Assembly (NCBI GenBank): GCA_963813815.1
Contig: CAWFAD010000012.1
Coordinates: 160,001 to 224,000, forward strand
Reading direction: 5' to 3'
DNA: 64,000 nucleotides
DNA from: an uncultured bacterium
GTDB lineage: Bacteria > Krumholzibacteriota > Krumholzibacteriia > Krumholzibacteriales > Krumholzibacteriaceae
A program made the translations under genes and the position numbers. Below, piece after piece: positions 42,831 through 52,674 of this stretch. How positions within the stretch are numbered: position 1 is the stretch's first letter; every line of letters starts with the position of its first letter. Under the pieces are notes generated by a model, which saw nothing but the letters and a program-made list of their open reading frames with translations, did not search any database and was not told where the DNA came from.

Positions 42831-44627
42831 CTACCCGCGGCGCCCCTCGTCCTTCTTGATCGCGATGTGTAGATCGTCGAGCAGCTCCGGTTCGACTTCG
42901 GACGGAGCGCCCTCCATGAGGGAGGCGGCGCTCGCCGTTTTCGGGAAGGCGATATAATCCCGTATCGACGAGCCTCCCCCCATGAGCATGGCGATGCGAT
43001 CGACGCCGAGGGCGATTCCCCCGTGCGGCGGCGCGCCGTACTGGAACGCCTCGAGCAGAAACCCGAAGCGCTTGGCGGCCTCCTCGCGCGGAATGCCGAT
43101 GATCTCGAAGAGCCGCTCCTGCAGCTCGCGGCGATGGATGCGGATGCTTCCCGATCCGAGCTCGGTGCCGTTGCAGACGAGATCGTACAGGTGGCCGCGA
43201 ACGGAGCCGGGGTCGGCGTCGAGACGCGCGATATCCTCCTCGAGCGGCATCGAGAATACGTGGTGAGCGGGCTCCCATCCGCCCCCCTCCGCCCTCACAA
43301 AGAGGGGAAACCGGTTCACCCAGAGGAACCGCCGCTCCTCCGAACCGGAGACGAGGTGAGCCCTGCCGATATGGAGCCGCAGCTCCGCGAGCGACCTCGA
43401 AACGATCTCCGGGGTTCCCGAGACGAGCAGTATGAGCGCCGGGCCCCGGGCCGAGAAGACGCCGCGCAGGCTCGCGATCGAGCCTTCGTCGAGAAACTTC
43501 GCGATCGAGGAGCTCGTCCCCGACTCCTCGCATTTCACCCAGACGAGACCGCCGGCCCCCGCGCCCTTCGCGATCGTCTCGAGGTCGGCGATCTGGCGGC
43601 GCGAGAAAGACGCGCCCCGCTCGAAACTGATCCCCCTCACGACCCCTCCCCCCTCTATCGCCGACCGGAAAACGCCGAACGCGCTCCCGCGGAAGAGGTC
43701 GCTGCAGTCCCGTATCTCGAGGCCGAACCTGAGATCCGGCTTGTCGCTGCCGTAGAGGCTCATCGCCTCGCAGTAATCCATCCTCGGGAAGGGAAGGGTG
43801 AGCTTCACGCCGGCCGTCGCCTCCCAGATCACGGCCATGAGGCGCTCGACCACGTCGAACACGTCCTCCTCGGTGATGAAGCTCATCTCGATATCGATCT
43901 GCGTGTGCTCGGGCTGGCGATCGGCGCGGAGATCCTCGTCGCGCAGGCAGCGGGCGAGCTGAAAATATCGGTCGAATCCCGCGACCATGAGTATCTGTTT
44001 GTAGAGCTGCGGGCTCTGGGGAAGCGCGTAGAACTTGCCGGGCTGGAGCCTGCTCGGCACGAGGTAGTCGCGGGCTCCCTCGGGCGTGCGGCGCACGAGC
44101 ATCGGCGTCTCGATCTCGAGAAACCCCTCGCTCGAGAGAAACCGGCGCACGCCGAGCGTGAGATCGTGGCGCATGGCGAGGTTGCGCTGCAGCGGCTCGC
44201 GCCGGAGGTCGAGGTAGCGGTAGCGCAGGCGCAGGTCCTCGTTCGCCTGAACGTCCGTCGTAACGGTGAAGGGCGGCACTTCGCTGCGGTTGAACACGGC
44301 GGCCTCCGCGGCGACGACCTCGATCTCGCCCGTCTTCATCCCCGCGTTAACCATCTCGGCCGGCCGCCCCCGCACGACGCCCTCGCAGGCGATGACGTCC
44401 TCCGCGCGAAGCGAGTGGAAGAGCTCGTGAAGCCCGGCCGCGCCCGACTCGACGACGAGCTGGACGACGCCCGTCCGATCCCAGAGATCGAGAAAGGTGA
44501 GCCCGCCAAGCTCGCGGACCCTCTTTACCCATCCGGCCAGCACGACGCGCGACCCGTCGTCGCGGGCGCACACCTCGCCGCACCGGTGCGTGCGCTTCCA
44601 TCTGTCACTGTACCGTTCGAGACCCAT
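42831..44627 (-). CDS. aspS: Aspartate--tRNA ligase
   Basis: RTHRCGE, RLRYRYLDLRR, TPEGARDY, ALPQSPQLYKQ, DEDLRADRQPE, GAPPHGGIALG. Confidence 0.97.
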   Translation of the reverse strand: MGLERYSDRWKRTHRCGEVCARDDGSRVVLAGWVKRVRELGGLTFLDLWDRTGVVQLVVESGAAGLHELFHSLRAEDVIACEGVVRGRPAEMVNAGMKTGEIEVVAAEAAVFNRSEVPPFTVTTDVQANEDLRLRYRYLDLRREPLQRNLAMRHDLTLGVRRFLSSEGFLEIETPMLVRRTPEGARDYLVPSRLQPGKFYALPQSPQLYKQILMVAGFDRYFQLARCLRDEDLRADRQPEHTQIDIEMSFITEEDVFDVVERLMAVIWEATAGVKLTLPFPRMDYCEAMSLYGSDKPDLRFGLEIRDCSDLFRGSAFGVFRSAIEGGGVVRGISFERGASFSRRQIADLETIAKGAGAGGLVWVKCEESGTSSSIAKFLDEGSIASLRGVFSARGPALILLVSGTPEIVSRSLAELRLHIGRAHLVSGSEERRFLWVNRFPLFVRAEGGGWEPAHHVFSMPLEEDIARLDADPGSVRGHLYDLVCNGTELGSGSIRIHRRELQERLFEIIGIPREEAAKRFGFLLEAFQYGAPPHGGIALGVDRIAMLMGGGSSIRDYIAFPKTASAASLMEGAPSEVEPELLDDLHIAIKKDEGRRG

Positions 44628-44628
44628 G

Positions 44629-45897
44629 TCACATCCGTTCCCGGCGCACCGCCGCCTCGATGCGCCCGGCGCACTCGGCGGGGGTCAGCGTCTCCTGCAA
44701 TCCCGTCGCGAGGTCCTTGAGCGCGACCGTTCCGGGCGCGAGCTCCTCGAGGCCTGCGATCACCGCGAAGCGGGCGCCCAGCGCGGAGGCGGCCCCGAGC
44801 TGCTTCTTGAACCCGCGGCCGGAAAGATCGACCACGGCCGACGCTCCCCGTGCGCGCAGGTCGCGCGCGAGGGAAAGCATCCCGGCCGCGAGCCCCTCGT
44901 CGACGACGATGCAGTACGCGTCCGTCGTCGAAGAGGGCCTGAACCCGGGGGCCGATTGCGGCAGTATCTCCAGCAGCCGCTCGAGGCCGGCGGAAAATCC
45001 CACGGCCGGCACGCTCGGCCCGCCGCAATCCTCGGCGAGGCCGTCGTAACGCCCTCCGCCGCAGAGGGCGTTCTGGGCGCCGAGGGCCGGGTGCAGGATC
45101 TCGAAGGCCGTTTTCGTATAGTAATCGAGCCCGCGCACGAGCAGCGGATCGAGAACGAAGGGGATCCCCATCTCGCGGAGCATCCGCTGGAGGGATTCGA
45201 AATGGCTGCGGCAGGAGCCGCACAGATGCGCCGTGATGAGCGGCAGCTTTTCCTTGACGGGCCCGCATTCCTTGCAATCGAAGATGCGGAGCGGATTCAC
45301 GGCCGTGCGGCCCGCGCACGCCGCGCAGAGCTCCGAGACGCGGGATGCGAGAGCCTCGGAGAGAACCTTCCTGAACGCGGGGCGGCATTCCGGGCAGCCG
45401 ACGCTGTTGAGCCTCACCTCGAGCGGCGGAAAACCGATCTCGCGATAGAGCCCGAGCGCCACGTCGATGATCTCGGCATCGATGGCGGGGCCGGGAGAGC
45501 CGATCGCCTCGGCGCCGATTTGGTGGAACTGGCGGTACCTGCCCGCCTGCGGCCTGTCATAGCGGAACATCGGACCGATATAATAGAAACGGCTGACGCC
45601 CCCCGCGCGCTGAAGACCGTTCTCGAGGTACGCGCGCATCACGGGAGCGGTGTTCTCGGGGCGGAGGGTGAGGCTGCGTCCCTTCTTGTCGGTGAAGGTG
45701 TACATCTCCTTGGTGACGATGTCGGTCGCTTCCCCCACCGTGCGCACGAAGAGCTCCGTCGCCTCGAAGACGGGCGTGCGGATCTCGCCGTAGCCGCAGC
45801 GCCCGAGGTACGCCGCGAGCGCGAGCTCGACCTTGCGCCAGAGCTCCATGCTCTCGCCGAAGAAGTCGTTCGTTCCGCGCGGTCTCGTGAATTTCAT
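44629..45897 (-). CDS. hisS: Histidine--tRNA ligase
   Basis: PRGTNDF, LRPENTA, FRYDRPQAGRYRQFHQ, LVRGLDYY, GGGRYD. Confidence 0.97.
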   Translation of the reverse strand: MKFTRPRGTNDFFGESMELWRKVELALAAYLGRCGYGEIRTPVFEATELFVRTVGEATDIVTKEMYTFTDKKGRSLTLRPENTAPVMRAYLENGLQRAGGVSRFYYIGPMFRYDRPQAGRYRQFHQIGAEAIGSPGPAIDAEIIDVALGLYREIGFPPLEVRLNSVGCPECRPAFRKVLSEALASRVSELCAACAGRTAVNPLRIFDCKECGPVKEKLPLITAHLCGSCRSHFESLQRMLREMGIPFVLDPLLVRGLDYYTKTAFEILHPALGAQNALCGGGRYDGLAEDCGGPSVPAVGFSAGLERLLEILPQSAPGFRPSSTTDAYCIVVDEGLAAGMLSLARDLRARGASAVVDLSGRGFKKQLGAASALGARFAVIAGLEELAPGTVALKDLATGLQETLTPAECAGRIEAAVRRERM

Positions 45898-46325
45898 GAT
45901 GCTCCGGCGCTCCGGCCATCCGTCCGCTCGAGACGCATGCCGACGAGAATCCCGGCGAGGAGCCCCGTGGCGTCGGCCGCGAAATCCAGCACGCTCATGT
46001 GCCGCCCGGGGATGAGCCCCTGATAGAGTTCGTCGAGGCCGGCGATGAGGAGCCCCGTCGCCAGCACGAGGAGAACGACCGGGGCCTCGCGCCGCTCGGC
46101 TCCTCCGAGGAGCCCGTGCCGGAACAAAACCGCGAGAACGAGGTACTCGCCGAAATGCGCGACCTTGTCGAATCCCGGCGGCAGTCCGACGGCATCGCTC
46201 GTCAGCGTCGGAATCGAGGAGACCCCGAAGATGAGGACCACCCACATGATGAGCGGCAGCCACCGCCGTATTCGCGTCCAGCGAGCCGTATTCGCCTCCC
46301 TGCCGTCGCTCGATGCGGACGGCAA
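45894..46325 (-). CDS. VanZ-like membrane protein
   Basis: DKVAHFGEY, DELYQGLIPGR..DFAAD; start uncertain. Confidence 0.85.
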   Translation of the reverse strand: MPSASSDGREANTARWTRIRRWLPLIMWVVLIFGVSSIPTLTSDAVGLPPGFDKVAHFGEYLVLAVLFRHGLLGGAERREAPVVLLVLATGLLIAGLDELYQGLIPGRHMSVLDFAADATGLLAGILVGMRLERTDGRSAGAS

Positions 46326-46356
46326 TTCATTGATCTAGGGGTCCCGGAGAAGCCGG

Positions 46357-47331
46357 TCAACCGCTTCCGCGCTGTCCCTGTCCATCCGGCCGCTCCCCCG
46401 CCTCCGGGTCGCGCCCATCGAGAGGGGGAACCGGCGCCCTCAGCGACTCGATGCGCCGGAGATCGGCTTCGCGCGTCTCGTAGAGCCCCGCGAAGCCCGC
46501 CGCGGCGAGCTCCCGCCGCAGCGAGCGCGGAGCTTGATCGTACGCCCTGCGGAGGGCGCGCGCGAAGCTTTTCATCTCCGGCGTGTACCGGTCCGAATCG
46601 CAGGCGACGACGAGCTCGGGGACCGCTTCGCCCTCGAGCAGGATGTCGATCTCGGCCTCGTTGACGACGCCCGCCGCCTCGAGGTTCGCCAGGCGCTCGA
46701 GCGACACTCCTCCGGCGTCGTAAACGCCGTGAATGACGGCGAGCACGGTCCTCTCGTCGCGCGGACGCTCGCCCGAAAAGGCGATCGCCCCTCCCGAAAG
46801 GTTCACGCCCGCGGTCTCGAGCGCTTGGTACGGAGCGAGAAAACCCGCCGCCGATCCCGGAGCCGAAAAGATGACGCGCGGAGACTCGGGGAGGGCGCCC
46901 GCGCCGCGGCGCACGACCACGGCGCTCCGCGAGTACCGGTGCGCCTCCCGCTCCGCGACGAGGAGGGGGCACACGAGCTCCCCCGCGGCGAGCCGCCGTG
47001 AAACGGCCATGGTCGGCACGAGGTAGAGATCGCACCGCTCGAGCGTCGCATCCGGGGCGAGGTAGCGCCATCGAATGTCCCCGCGCCCTTTCTCACGGCA
47101 GTAGTCCGCGAGCGATTCGAGGGCCGCGTGCGAGCGGGTCGAATCGAAGGCGGAGACGCCGATCACGACCCGCAGGTGCGCGAGATCGGTCGAGCGGACG
47201 AAGAGGGCCCCCGCGGCGATCGCCACGATCGCCGCGAAAACGATTGCCGACGCCCACCGGTTGAGATAATCCGAAACGAGGCTGTACCGCTGTTCGCGCT
47301 TGCCGTTCGACGCCGCACGTTCGCCGATCAT
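46357..47331 (-). CDS. Membrane-anchored PhnD/phosphonate-binding-like periplasmic protein
   Basis: N-terminal TM; YSRSAVVVR, GSAAGFLAP, VLAVIHGVYDAG resemble PBP type 2 PhnD motifs. Confidence 0.55.
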   Translation of the reverse strand: MIGERAASNGKREQRYSLVSDYLNRWASAIVFAAIVAIAAGALFVRSTDLAHLRVVIGVSAFDSTRSHAALESLADYCREKGRGDIRWRYLAPDATLERCDLYLVPTMAVSRRLAAGELVCPLLVAEREAHRYSRSAVVVRRGAGALPESPRVIFSAPGSAAGFLAPYQALETAGVNLSGGAIAFSGERPRDERTVLAVIHGVYDAGGVSLERLANLEAAGVVNEAEIDILLEGEAVPELVVACDSDRYTPEMKSFARALRRAYDQAPRSLRRELAAAGFAGLYETREADLRRIESLRAPVPPLDGRDPEAGERPDGQGQRGSG

Positions 47332-47335
47332 GATC

Positions 47336-48277
47336 CTACCGTTTCGCCGATACCGTAACGTCGAAGGATTTCACCGACAGCCGGAAGCTGTCGATGCCGA
47401 CGGGCAGAATAACCTCGGGCTCGATGACGAGCGCCCCGCGGCTCCCGGCGGGTATGCTGAGGATAATCGACACCTCTTCCGCGGTGAGGCTCGCGATGAG
47501 GTCCTCGGGGCCCTCGACGGTGAGATCCGCGCTCGCCGGCGCGCAGACGGCCTCGTACCCCTCCTCGATCTGGAGGAGCGTCGGCGCGATCCCCTCGATG
47601 ACGCGCTCCGCGCGGCGGGCGATGGCGAGCTCGACGATCACCGAGCGGGGCTCGATCTCGATCCCCCGGGGGCGGACGATCGGCGTCTCGAGCGACACCT
47701 TCCCGCGACGATTCGTGACGTCGATCGTCTCCGTGAGAACCTCGGTCAGCGACCGCATGGCGTTCGCCGGTCCGCGCGCTATGACGCGGTCGGGGGTAAT
47801 GGACGGCTGGCCGACGAGGATGAGCCCGGGGGGAAGCGTTCCGCGGAAAACGGCGCGCACGGGAATCGGCCCGCTCACACGCCGTTCGAGCTCGATCGAG
47901 AGAATTCGGGGCGAGTTGATCGAAACTTCGTCGGACGCGATCCCTTCGGGGAGCGTGATCATCCCCTTCGAGAGCGGCACCGTGAGATGCGGCCCCTGCG
48001 TCCCCGCGAGATCGACCGTGAGACGCGCGTTGCCGAAGAGGCGGACCTTGAGGAGGTCGCTCCGCGCGCCCCGCATCGTGACCTCGATACTCCGGGGAAT
48101 ATCGTTGACGACGGTGAGGCTCTCGGGAATGTTGACGATCTCGAGGGGTATTTTCACCGTCTCCTTTCCCTCCATCTGAGCGGTCACGTAGAACCAGAGC
48201 AGCACGGCGAAGACGATCGAGACGATCTTGAGCCCGATGTTCGCCGTCACCGCGCGCGTTACGCTATCCCATCTCAT
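47336..48277 (-). CDS. YbbR/CdaR-family protein
   Basis: NIGLKIVSIVFAVLLWFYV followed by three YbbR-like repeats. Confidence 0.85.
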   Translation of the reverse strand: MRWDSVTRAVTANIGLKIVSIVFAVLLWFYVTAQMEGKETVKIPLEIVNIPESLTVVNDIPRSIEVTMRGARSDLLKVRLFGNARLTVDLAGTQGPHLTVPLSKGMITLPEGIASDEVSINSPRILSIELERRVSGPIPVRAVFRGTLPPGLILVGQPSITPDRVIARGPANAMRSLTEVLTETIDVTNRRGKVSLETPIVRPRGIEIEPRSVIVELAIARRAERVIEGIAPTLLQIEEGYEAVCAPASADLTVEGPEDLIASLTAEEVSIILSIPAGSRGALVIEPEVILPVGIDSFRLSVKSFDVTVSAKR

Positions 48278-48286
48278 GGGCCGACC

Positions 48287-49450
48287 TCACTCCGTCGCGG
48301 CGGAATCCGCCGCCGGCGGGTGTTTTTCGAGGAAAACCGCTATGCCGTCGGCGAGCGACCGCGCGAGCCAGCGCAGATAGCCGTCCTTGGAGACGGCCGC
48401 CGCTTCCCGGCGATTCGACAGATACCCTCCCTCGACCAGTATCGACGGCATCGAAATGCCCCGCAGGACGATGAAGTTCTTTTGCTTCACCGTGCGGAAC
48501 GGAATCGGCGGATCCTTCTGCAGCACGCGGGCGACCTCCTCCGCGAGGAGCGCGCTCTGCTGCATCGCGTTCGTGCGCGTCACGTCGAAGAGAATCGATT
48601 CGAGGTCGCCGTTCACGACGGCCCCCTGCTCCTGCACCTCCTGCATGAGGTGCTCCCGCTCGGCCACGGCCTCCGCGTTCTCGTCCACGATCCCCTCGGG
48701 GGAGATCATGTAGAGCTCGATGCCGCTGAGCTTGGCGTCGCGGGCGCCGTTGAAATGAAGACTCACGAAGACGTCCGCCCCGTGCTCGCGGGCCTTGAGG
48801 ATGCGCCGGTACCAGAGGATGTCGTAGTCGCCGTCGCGAACGAGCACCCCCGTGAATCCATGGCGCCGCTCGATCTCCTCCTTGAGCATCCGCGCGAGCT
48901 TCAGGTTGAGCGTCTTCTCCCGGACACCGTGGTGGACCGCTCCCGGCTGGTCCCCCCCGTGCCCCGCGTCGATGGCGATCACGAACCCGGGGCTTTCCGC
49001 GACCCGCTTCCTCTCGGCCGCCCGCCGCTCGATCTCGGCGTCGCTCACGACCCGCGCGAGATCGACGACGATCCGGTGCGGTTTGCCGTCGGCGGCCTTG
49101 AGGGGAAAATGCTCGAACGCGGTCGCGCGCGGCACGTCCAGCACGACCTGAACTCCCGTCTTGAGGCGATTGACCCGGATGCGCTCGATGACGCCGTCCC
49201 CCACCGCCGCCCCTCCGACTCCCTTCGCCGCCACGCAGGAGGGCAACTCTATCACGATTCTCTGCGGCCCGGCCACGGAGCGGATGGTATAGCGGGCGGT
49301 AGCGCTCATATCGAGCACCACCCTCGTATGGTCGGGCGAGGTGTAAAATCGAACGTCCCGCACCGTAATCGGAGCGGAGCGGGCCTCGGGAACCGCGACG
49401 GACACGAGCCATACGAACGCGGCGGCCGCCGCGACGCGACGATCGATCAT
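48287..49450 (-). CDS. N-acetylmuramoyl-L-alanine amidase with AMIN domains
   Basis: TRVVLD (AMIN), IAIDAGHGGDQPGA, EKTLNL, FVSLHFN, MPSILVEGGYLSN. Confidence 0.9.
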   Translation of the reverse strand: MIDRRVAAAAAFVWLVSVAVPEARSAPITVRDVRFYTSPDHTRVVLDMSATARYTIRSVAGPQRIVIELPSCVAAKGVGGAAVGDGVIERIRVNRLKTGVQVVLDVPRATAFEHFPLKAADGKPHRIVVDLARVVSDAEIERRAAERKRVAESPGFVIAIDAGHGGDQPGAVHHGVREKTLNLKLARMLKEEIERRHGFTGVLVRDGDYDILWYRRILKAREHGADVFVSLHFNGARDAKLSGIELYMISPEGIVDENAEAVAEREHLMQEVQEQGAVVNGDLESILFDVTRTNAMQQSALLAEEVARVLQKDPPIPFRTVKQKNFIVLRGISMPSILVEGGYLSNRREAAAVSKDGYLRWLARSLADGIAVFLEKHPPAADSAATE

Positions 49451-49578
49451 GCGACTCCTCTCGGGCGCCCGCCCGGATCCCGCGGCGGGGCCGCGACGGG
49501 GCGCCGGGCGGAGTCTAGCGGGGGAAGGCGGGCGCTGACAATACAATTTACCGGGTGTATCGGGGAAAGCGACGCGGA

Positions 49579-50505
49579 TCAATCGTAGCAGACGCCTTCG
49601 GGCATCACGTACTGAAGGGGATCGCGATGCACGCCACGGTGGAGCACCTCGTAATGGAGATGGCTCCCAGTCGAGTGGCCCGTGTTGCCCACGAGACCGA
49701 TGACCTCTCCTCGCTTCACCTTCTGGCCGCGTGCGACGAGGACCTTTGAGAGATGCGCGTAACGGGTCTTGAAGCCGTTTTCGTGACTGATTTCGATCAT
49801 GAGTCCGTAGCCGCCGTTGCGGCCGGCCTGTCTCACGGCGCCGTCCGCGGTCGCCGTGACCGGCGTGCCCGTGCGGGCGCGATAATCGATGCCGGGATGA
49901 TGGACGCTCTCGCCGCGGAACGGATCGATCCGGCGTCCGTAGCGGCTCGACAGGAACCCGCCCCTCATCGGACGGACGGAGGGCGTGCTCAGCCGCACGT
50001 CACGCTCGCTCTCGAGAATCGAGATGATCTCGCGGTAGCTCTCGAGCTGCAGCTCCGTCTGGCGGAGGAGCCGGTCGAGGCTGGAGTCGATGTCGCCGAA
50101 TAGGCTGTCGGGGTACGCCGTTTCGAGACGCGCGAGGTCCGGTTCGGGGCCGCCCACGCCGGCCTGCCATACCTCCCCGGGAACCGGATCGACGCTCGCG
50201 ATGAGGCTGGCGCGATTGTGCAGCTCGAAGCCGACGTCCATTCGTCCCTCGATCAGCGCAACCTCCTCGCGGAAACGAGCGAGCTCGGTCCTCAACCGCT
50301 CGTTTTCGCCGCGCAGATTATCCACAGTCGCTGTGCGGACGATCTCCCCGGAACGGACGGCGACGAGCACGATCGCCGCGACGACGATGCCGGCGAGCCC
50401 CGCAACGGCGGCGATCGCGTGCGACCGCCTCACGTGCACGGCCCGAACGCCGGTATTGTCTCCGCGCTCGTAGAAAAAGCGAATATAGCGATTCATCGGC
50501 TTCAT
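49579..50505 (-). CDS. M23 family metallopeptidase with TM anchor and coiled coil
   Basis: HPGIDY (HxxxD), TRYAHLS, GNTGHSTGSHLHYEV (HxH). Confidence 0.92.
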   Translation of the reverse strand: MKPMNRYIRFFYERGDNTGVRAVHVRRSHAIAAVAGLAGIVVAAIVLVAVRSGEIVRTATVDNLRGENERLRTELARFREEVALIEGRMDVGFELHNRASLIASVDPVPGEVWQAGVGGPEPDLARLETAYPDSLFGDIDSSLDRLLRQTELQLESYREIISILESERDVRLSTPSVRPMRGGFLSSRYGRRIDPFRGESVHHPGIDYRARTGTPVTATADGAVRQAGRNGGYGLMIEISHENGFKTRYAHLSKVLVARGQKVKRGEVIGLVGNTGHSTGSHLHYEVLHRGVHRDPLQYVMPEGVCYD

Positions 50506-50656
50506 GCCCCGAATCCGCTCCTTCAGGCCCCGATTGTCTTGAACGGCTTTGCTCTGCTACCTAAGGTAGTTTCGCCGTCGAGGCCGTGTCAAGCGAATAT
50601 TCCCCCCCGGGGGCATGAGATGCAAGGCACGTACCGGACGACCCCGGGAAGGGCCC

Positions 50657-50698
50657 AAAAACGCAAAAAGGGCGGTGAAATCGCCGTTTCACCGCCCT
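50657..50698 (-). terminator. Rho-independent terminator of the sigma factor gene
   Basis: agggcggtgaaa/tttcaccgccct stem followed by U run on minus strand. Confidence 0.8.
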
Positions 50699-50724
50699 CG
50701 CTACTGCTTTTTTGCCGTTTCGGG

Positions 50725-51621
50725 TCAGTCCTGCACGTACCCCTTCAGGTACTTGCTCCGCGAGTTGTGCCGAAGCCGCAGGATCGCCTTTTCCTTGATC
50801 TGGCGGATGCGCTCCCGCGTGAGGTTCATCCGCTTGCCGATCTCTTCGAGCGTGAGCGGCTCCTCCCCCTCGAGACCGAAGTAGAGGTTGAGAATCGCGC
50901 GCTCGCGATCGGTCAGGGTGTCGAGCGCCTTCTGCATATCGTCGCTCAGGGCGTTCACGTACGTTTGCTCGTCGGGAGCCTCGAGGTTGTCGTCCGCGAG
51001 GTAGTCGACGAGCGAGTTCTCCTCCTGGTCGTTTCCGAAGGAGGCGTCGAGCGACAGATGGCTGTTCGCGATCTGCATCGTATCCCGCACTTCGTCGTGC
51101 GGGAGCTTCAGCCGCTTGGCGATCTCGTCGACCTCGGGACTGCGCCCGAGCTCCTGATCGAGCTGCCGGGCTGCCTTCCCGATGCGGTACAGCGTGCCGG
51201 CTCGATTGAGCGGCAGCCTTACGATGCGCGACTGCTCGGCGAGCGCCTGCAACATCGCCTGACGGATCCACCACACGGCGTAGGAGATGAACTTGTATCC
51301 GCGCTTCTCGTCGAAGCGGTACGCCGCCTTGATGAGCCCCAGATTCCCCTCGTTGACGAGATCGGCCAACGAGAGCCCCTGATTCACGTACTGCTTCGCG
51401 ATCGATACCACGAAACGGAGATTGGCCTTCACGAGATCGTGAAGCGCATGCTCGTCCCCCTTGCGAATCCGCTTCGCAAGCTCCTTCTCCTGCTCGCGCT
51501 TGAGCAGGGGGGTGTTGTTGATCTCTTTGAGGTAGAGGTCGAGGCTTCTCTCCCCCGCGTATTCGCTTCTCCTGGGATCCGGGTTCATTTCTTCTTTTTC
51601 CCTCAGTTCATCCTCGTCCAT
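50725..51621 (-). CDS. RpoD/SigA-family sigma70 factor lacking region 1.1
   Basis: SLDLYLKEI, ANLRFVVSIAKQY, EGNLGLIKAA, FISYAVWWIRQ, LTRERIRQI; 298 aa. Confidence 0.93.
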   Translation of the reverse strand: MDEDELREKEEMNPDPRRSEYAGERSLDLYLKEINNTPLLKREQEKELAKRIRKGDEHALHDLVKANLRFVVSIAKQYVNQGLSLADLVNEGNLGLIKAAYRFDEKRGYKFISYAVWWIRQAMLQALAEQSRIVRLPLNRAGTLYRIGKAARQLDQELGRSPEVDEIAKRLKLPHDEVRDTMQIANSHLSLDASFGNDQEENSLVDYLADDNLEAPDEQTYVNALSDDMQKALDTLTDRERAILNLYFGLEGEEPLTLEEIGKRMNLTRERIRQIKEKAILRLRHNSRSKYLKGYVQD

Positions 51622-51915
51622 GATTTCCCGCCTTCGATTCCCACACGACTCCAGCGCCTTGTTAGAGCACTCGCCAGGTTATACACCTGACGCCCGAAAA
51701 AGTTGTTGTTTCGGTGGGGTTCTAAGTGCAGGTATCGTTGGCGAACGACTTAGCTTCCTGGCACCACTTTGGGTCCCTACACCAATCCGTTAAGAATTGT
51801 ATCCGAAAATCGCCATTTGTGTCAAGAATAATTACCAAAAAAATGGCGCTTCGTAATATATTGATACAGAGATGGTTAAGCGGCGCGGGGCAATCGACCT
51901 CGGGCGGGAGCTTTT

Positions 51916-52674
51916 ATGAAGGATGCGGCGTATTTTCTCTCGGATGCCCATTTCAAATTCGACGCGGCGGCGCCCCGCGAGCGCCTGAAGCGGGATCTCT
52001 TCATCCGGTTCCTCTCCGGAATCCGCGGCGCGGAGCGGCTCTACCTTCTCGGGGATATCTTCGATTTCTGGTTCGAATCGCGACGCTACGTGCCTCCCTT
52101 CTATGACGACGTTCTCGGCGCGCTCCGCTCGCTCGGCGCCGAAGGCACGGCGATCCATATCGCCGGAGGAAACCACGATTGGTGGCTCGGCCGCCATATC
52201 ACCGATACGCTCGGCTTCTCGGTGCTGCCCCCGCTCGCCACCCATGAGATTCAGGGACGCCGCGTCACCATGTCCCACGGCGACTCGCTGCTTCCGGGGG
52301 ACGTCGCGTACAAAGCTCTCAAGGCCGTGATCCGCAGCCGCGCCGTCGTCGCCGCCGCGCGCGAGATGCCCCCGGGCCTCCTCTATGGTTTCGCGCGGCG
52401 ATTCTCGAAGGCGAGCAAGGGAATCACCTCGCAGCGCACCGAGCGCTCGGCGCGCGCCCTCGTCGCGATGGCCCCCGGATCCTTCTTTGAATGGGGGAAC
52501 GACGTCTTCGTGATGGGCCACATACACTACCCGTGCCTCGAGCGCTTCGGCGGCCGCACGTTCGCCATCGTCGGCGACTGGGAACGCCATTTTTCGTATC
52601 TGGCGCTCGAGAGGGGAGAGCTCTCCCTGCGGTTTTACGGCGCCGGAGAGGCGACGCGGATCGAGAACCGGTGA
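51916..52674 (+). CDS. lpxH: UDP-2,3-diacylglucosamine hydrolase (calcineurin-like phosphoesterase)
   Basis: FLSDAH, LLGDIFDFW, GNHD, HGD, MGHIH, GDW. Confidence 0.82.
   Translation: MKDAAYFLSDAHFKFDAAAPRERLKRDLFIRFLSGIRGAERLYLLGDIFDFWFESRRYVPPFYDDVLGALRSLGAEGTAIHIAGGNHDWWLGRHITDTLGFSVLPPLATHEIQGRRVTMSHGDSLLPGDVAYKALKAVIRSRAVVAAAREMPPGLLYGFARRFSKASKGITSQRTERSARALVAMAPGSFFEWGNDVFVMGHIHYPCLERFGGRTFAIVGDWERHFSYLALERGELSLRFYGAGEATRIENR

Noticed and set aside
32193..46263. Long N-terminal extensions in track ORFs for glyS, glyQ, recO, hisS
   Set aside because: They overlap upstream genes in other frames; true starts are at stop/start overlaps.
51759..51773. TGGCAC near the sigma/lpxH intergenic region (and a similar one near 31891-31905) as sigma54 promoters
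   Set aside because: The -12 position lacks GC (TGGG / TTGG).
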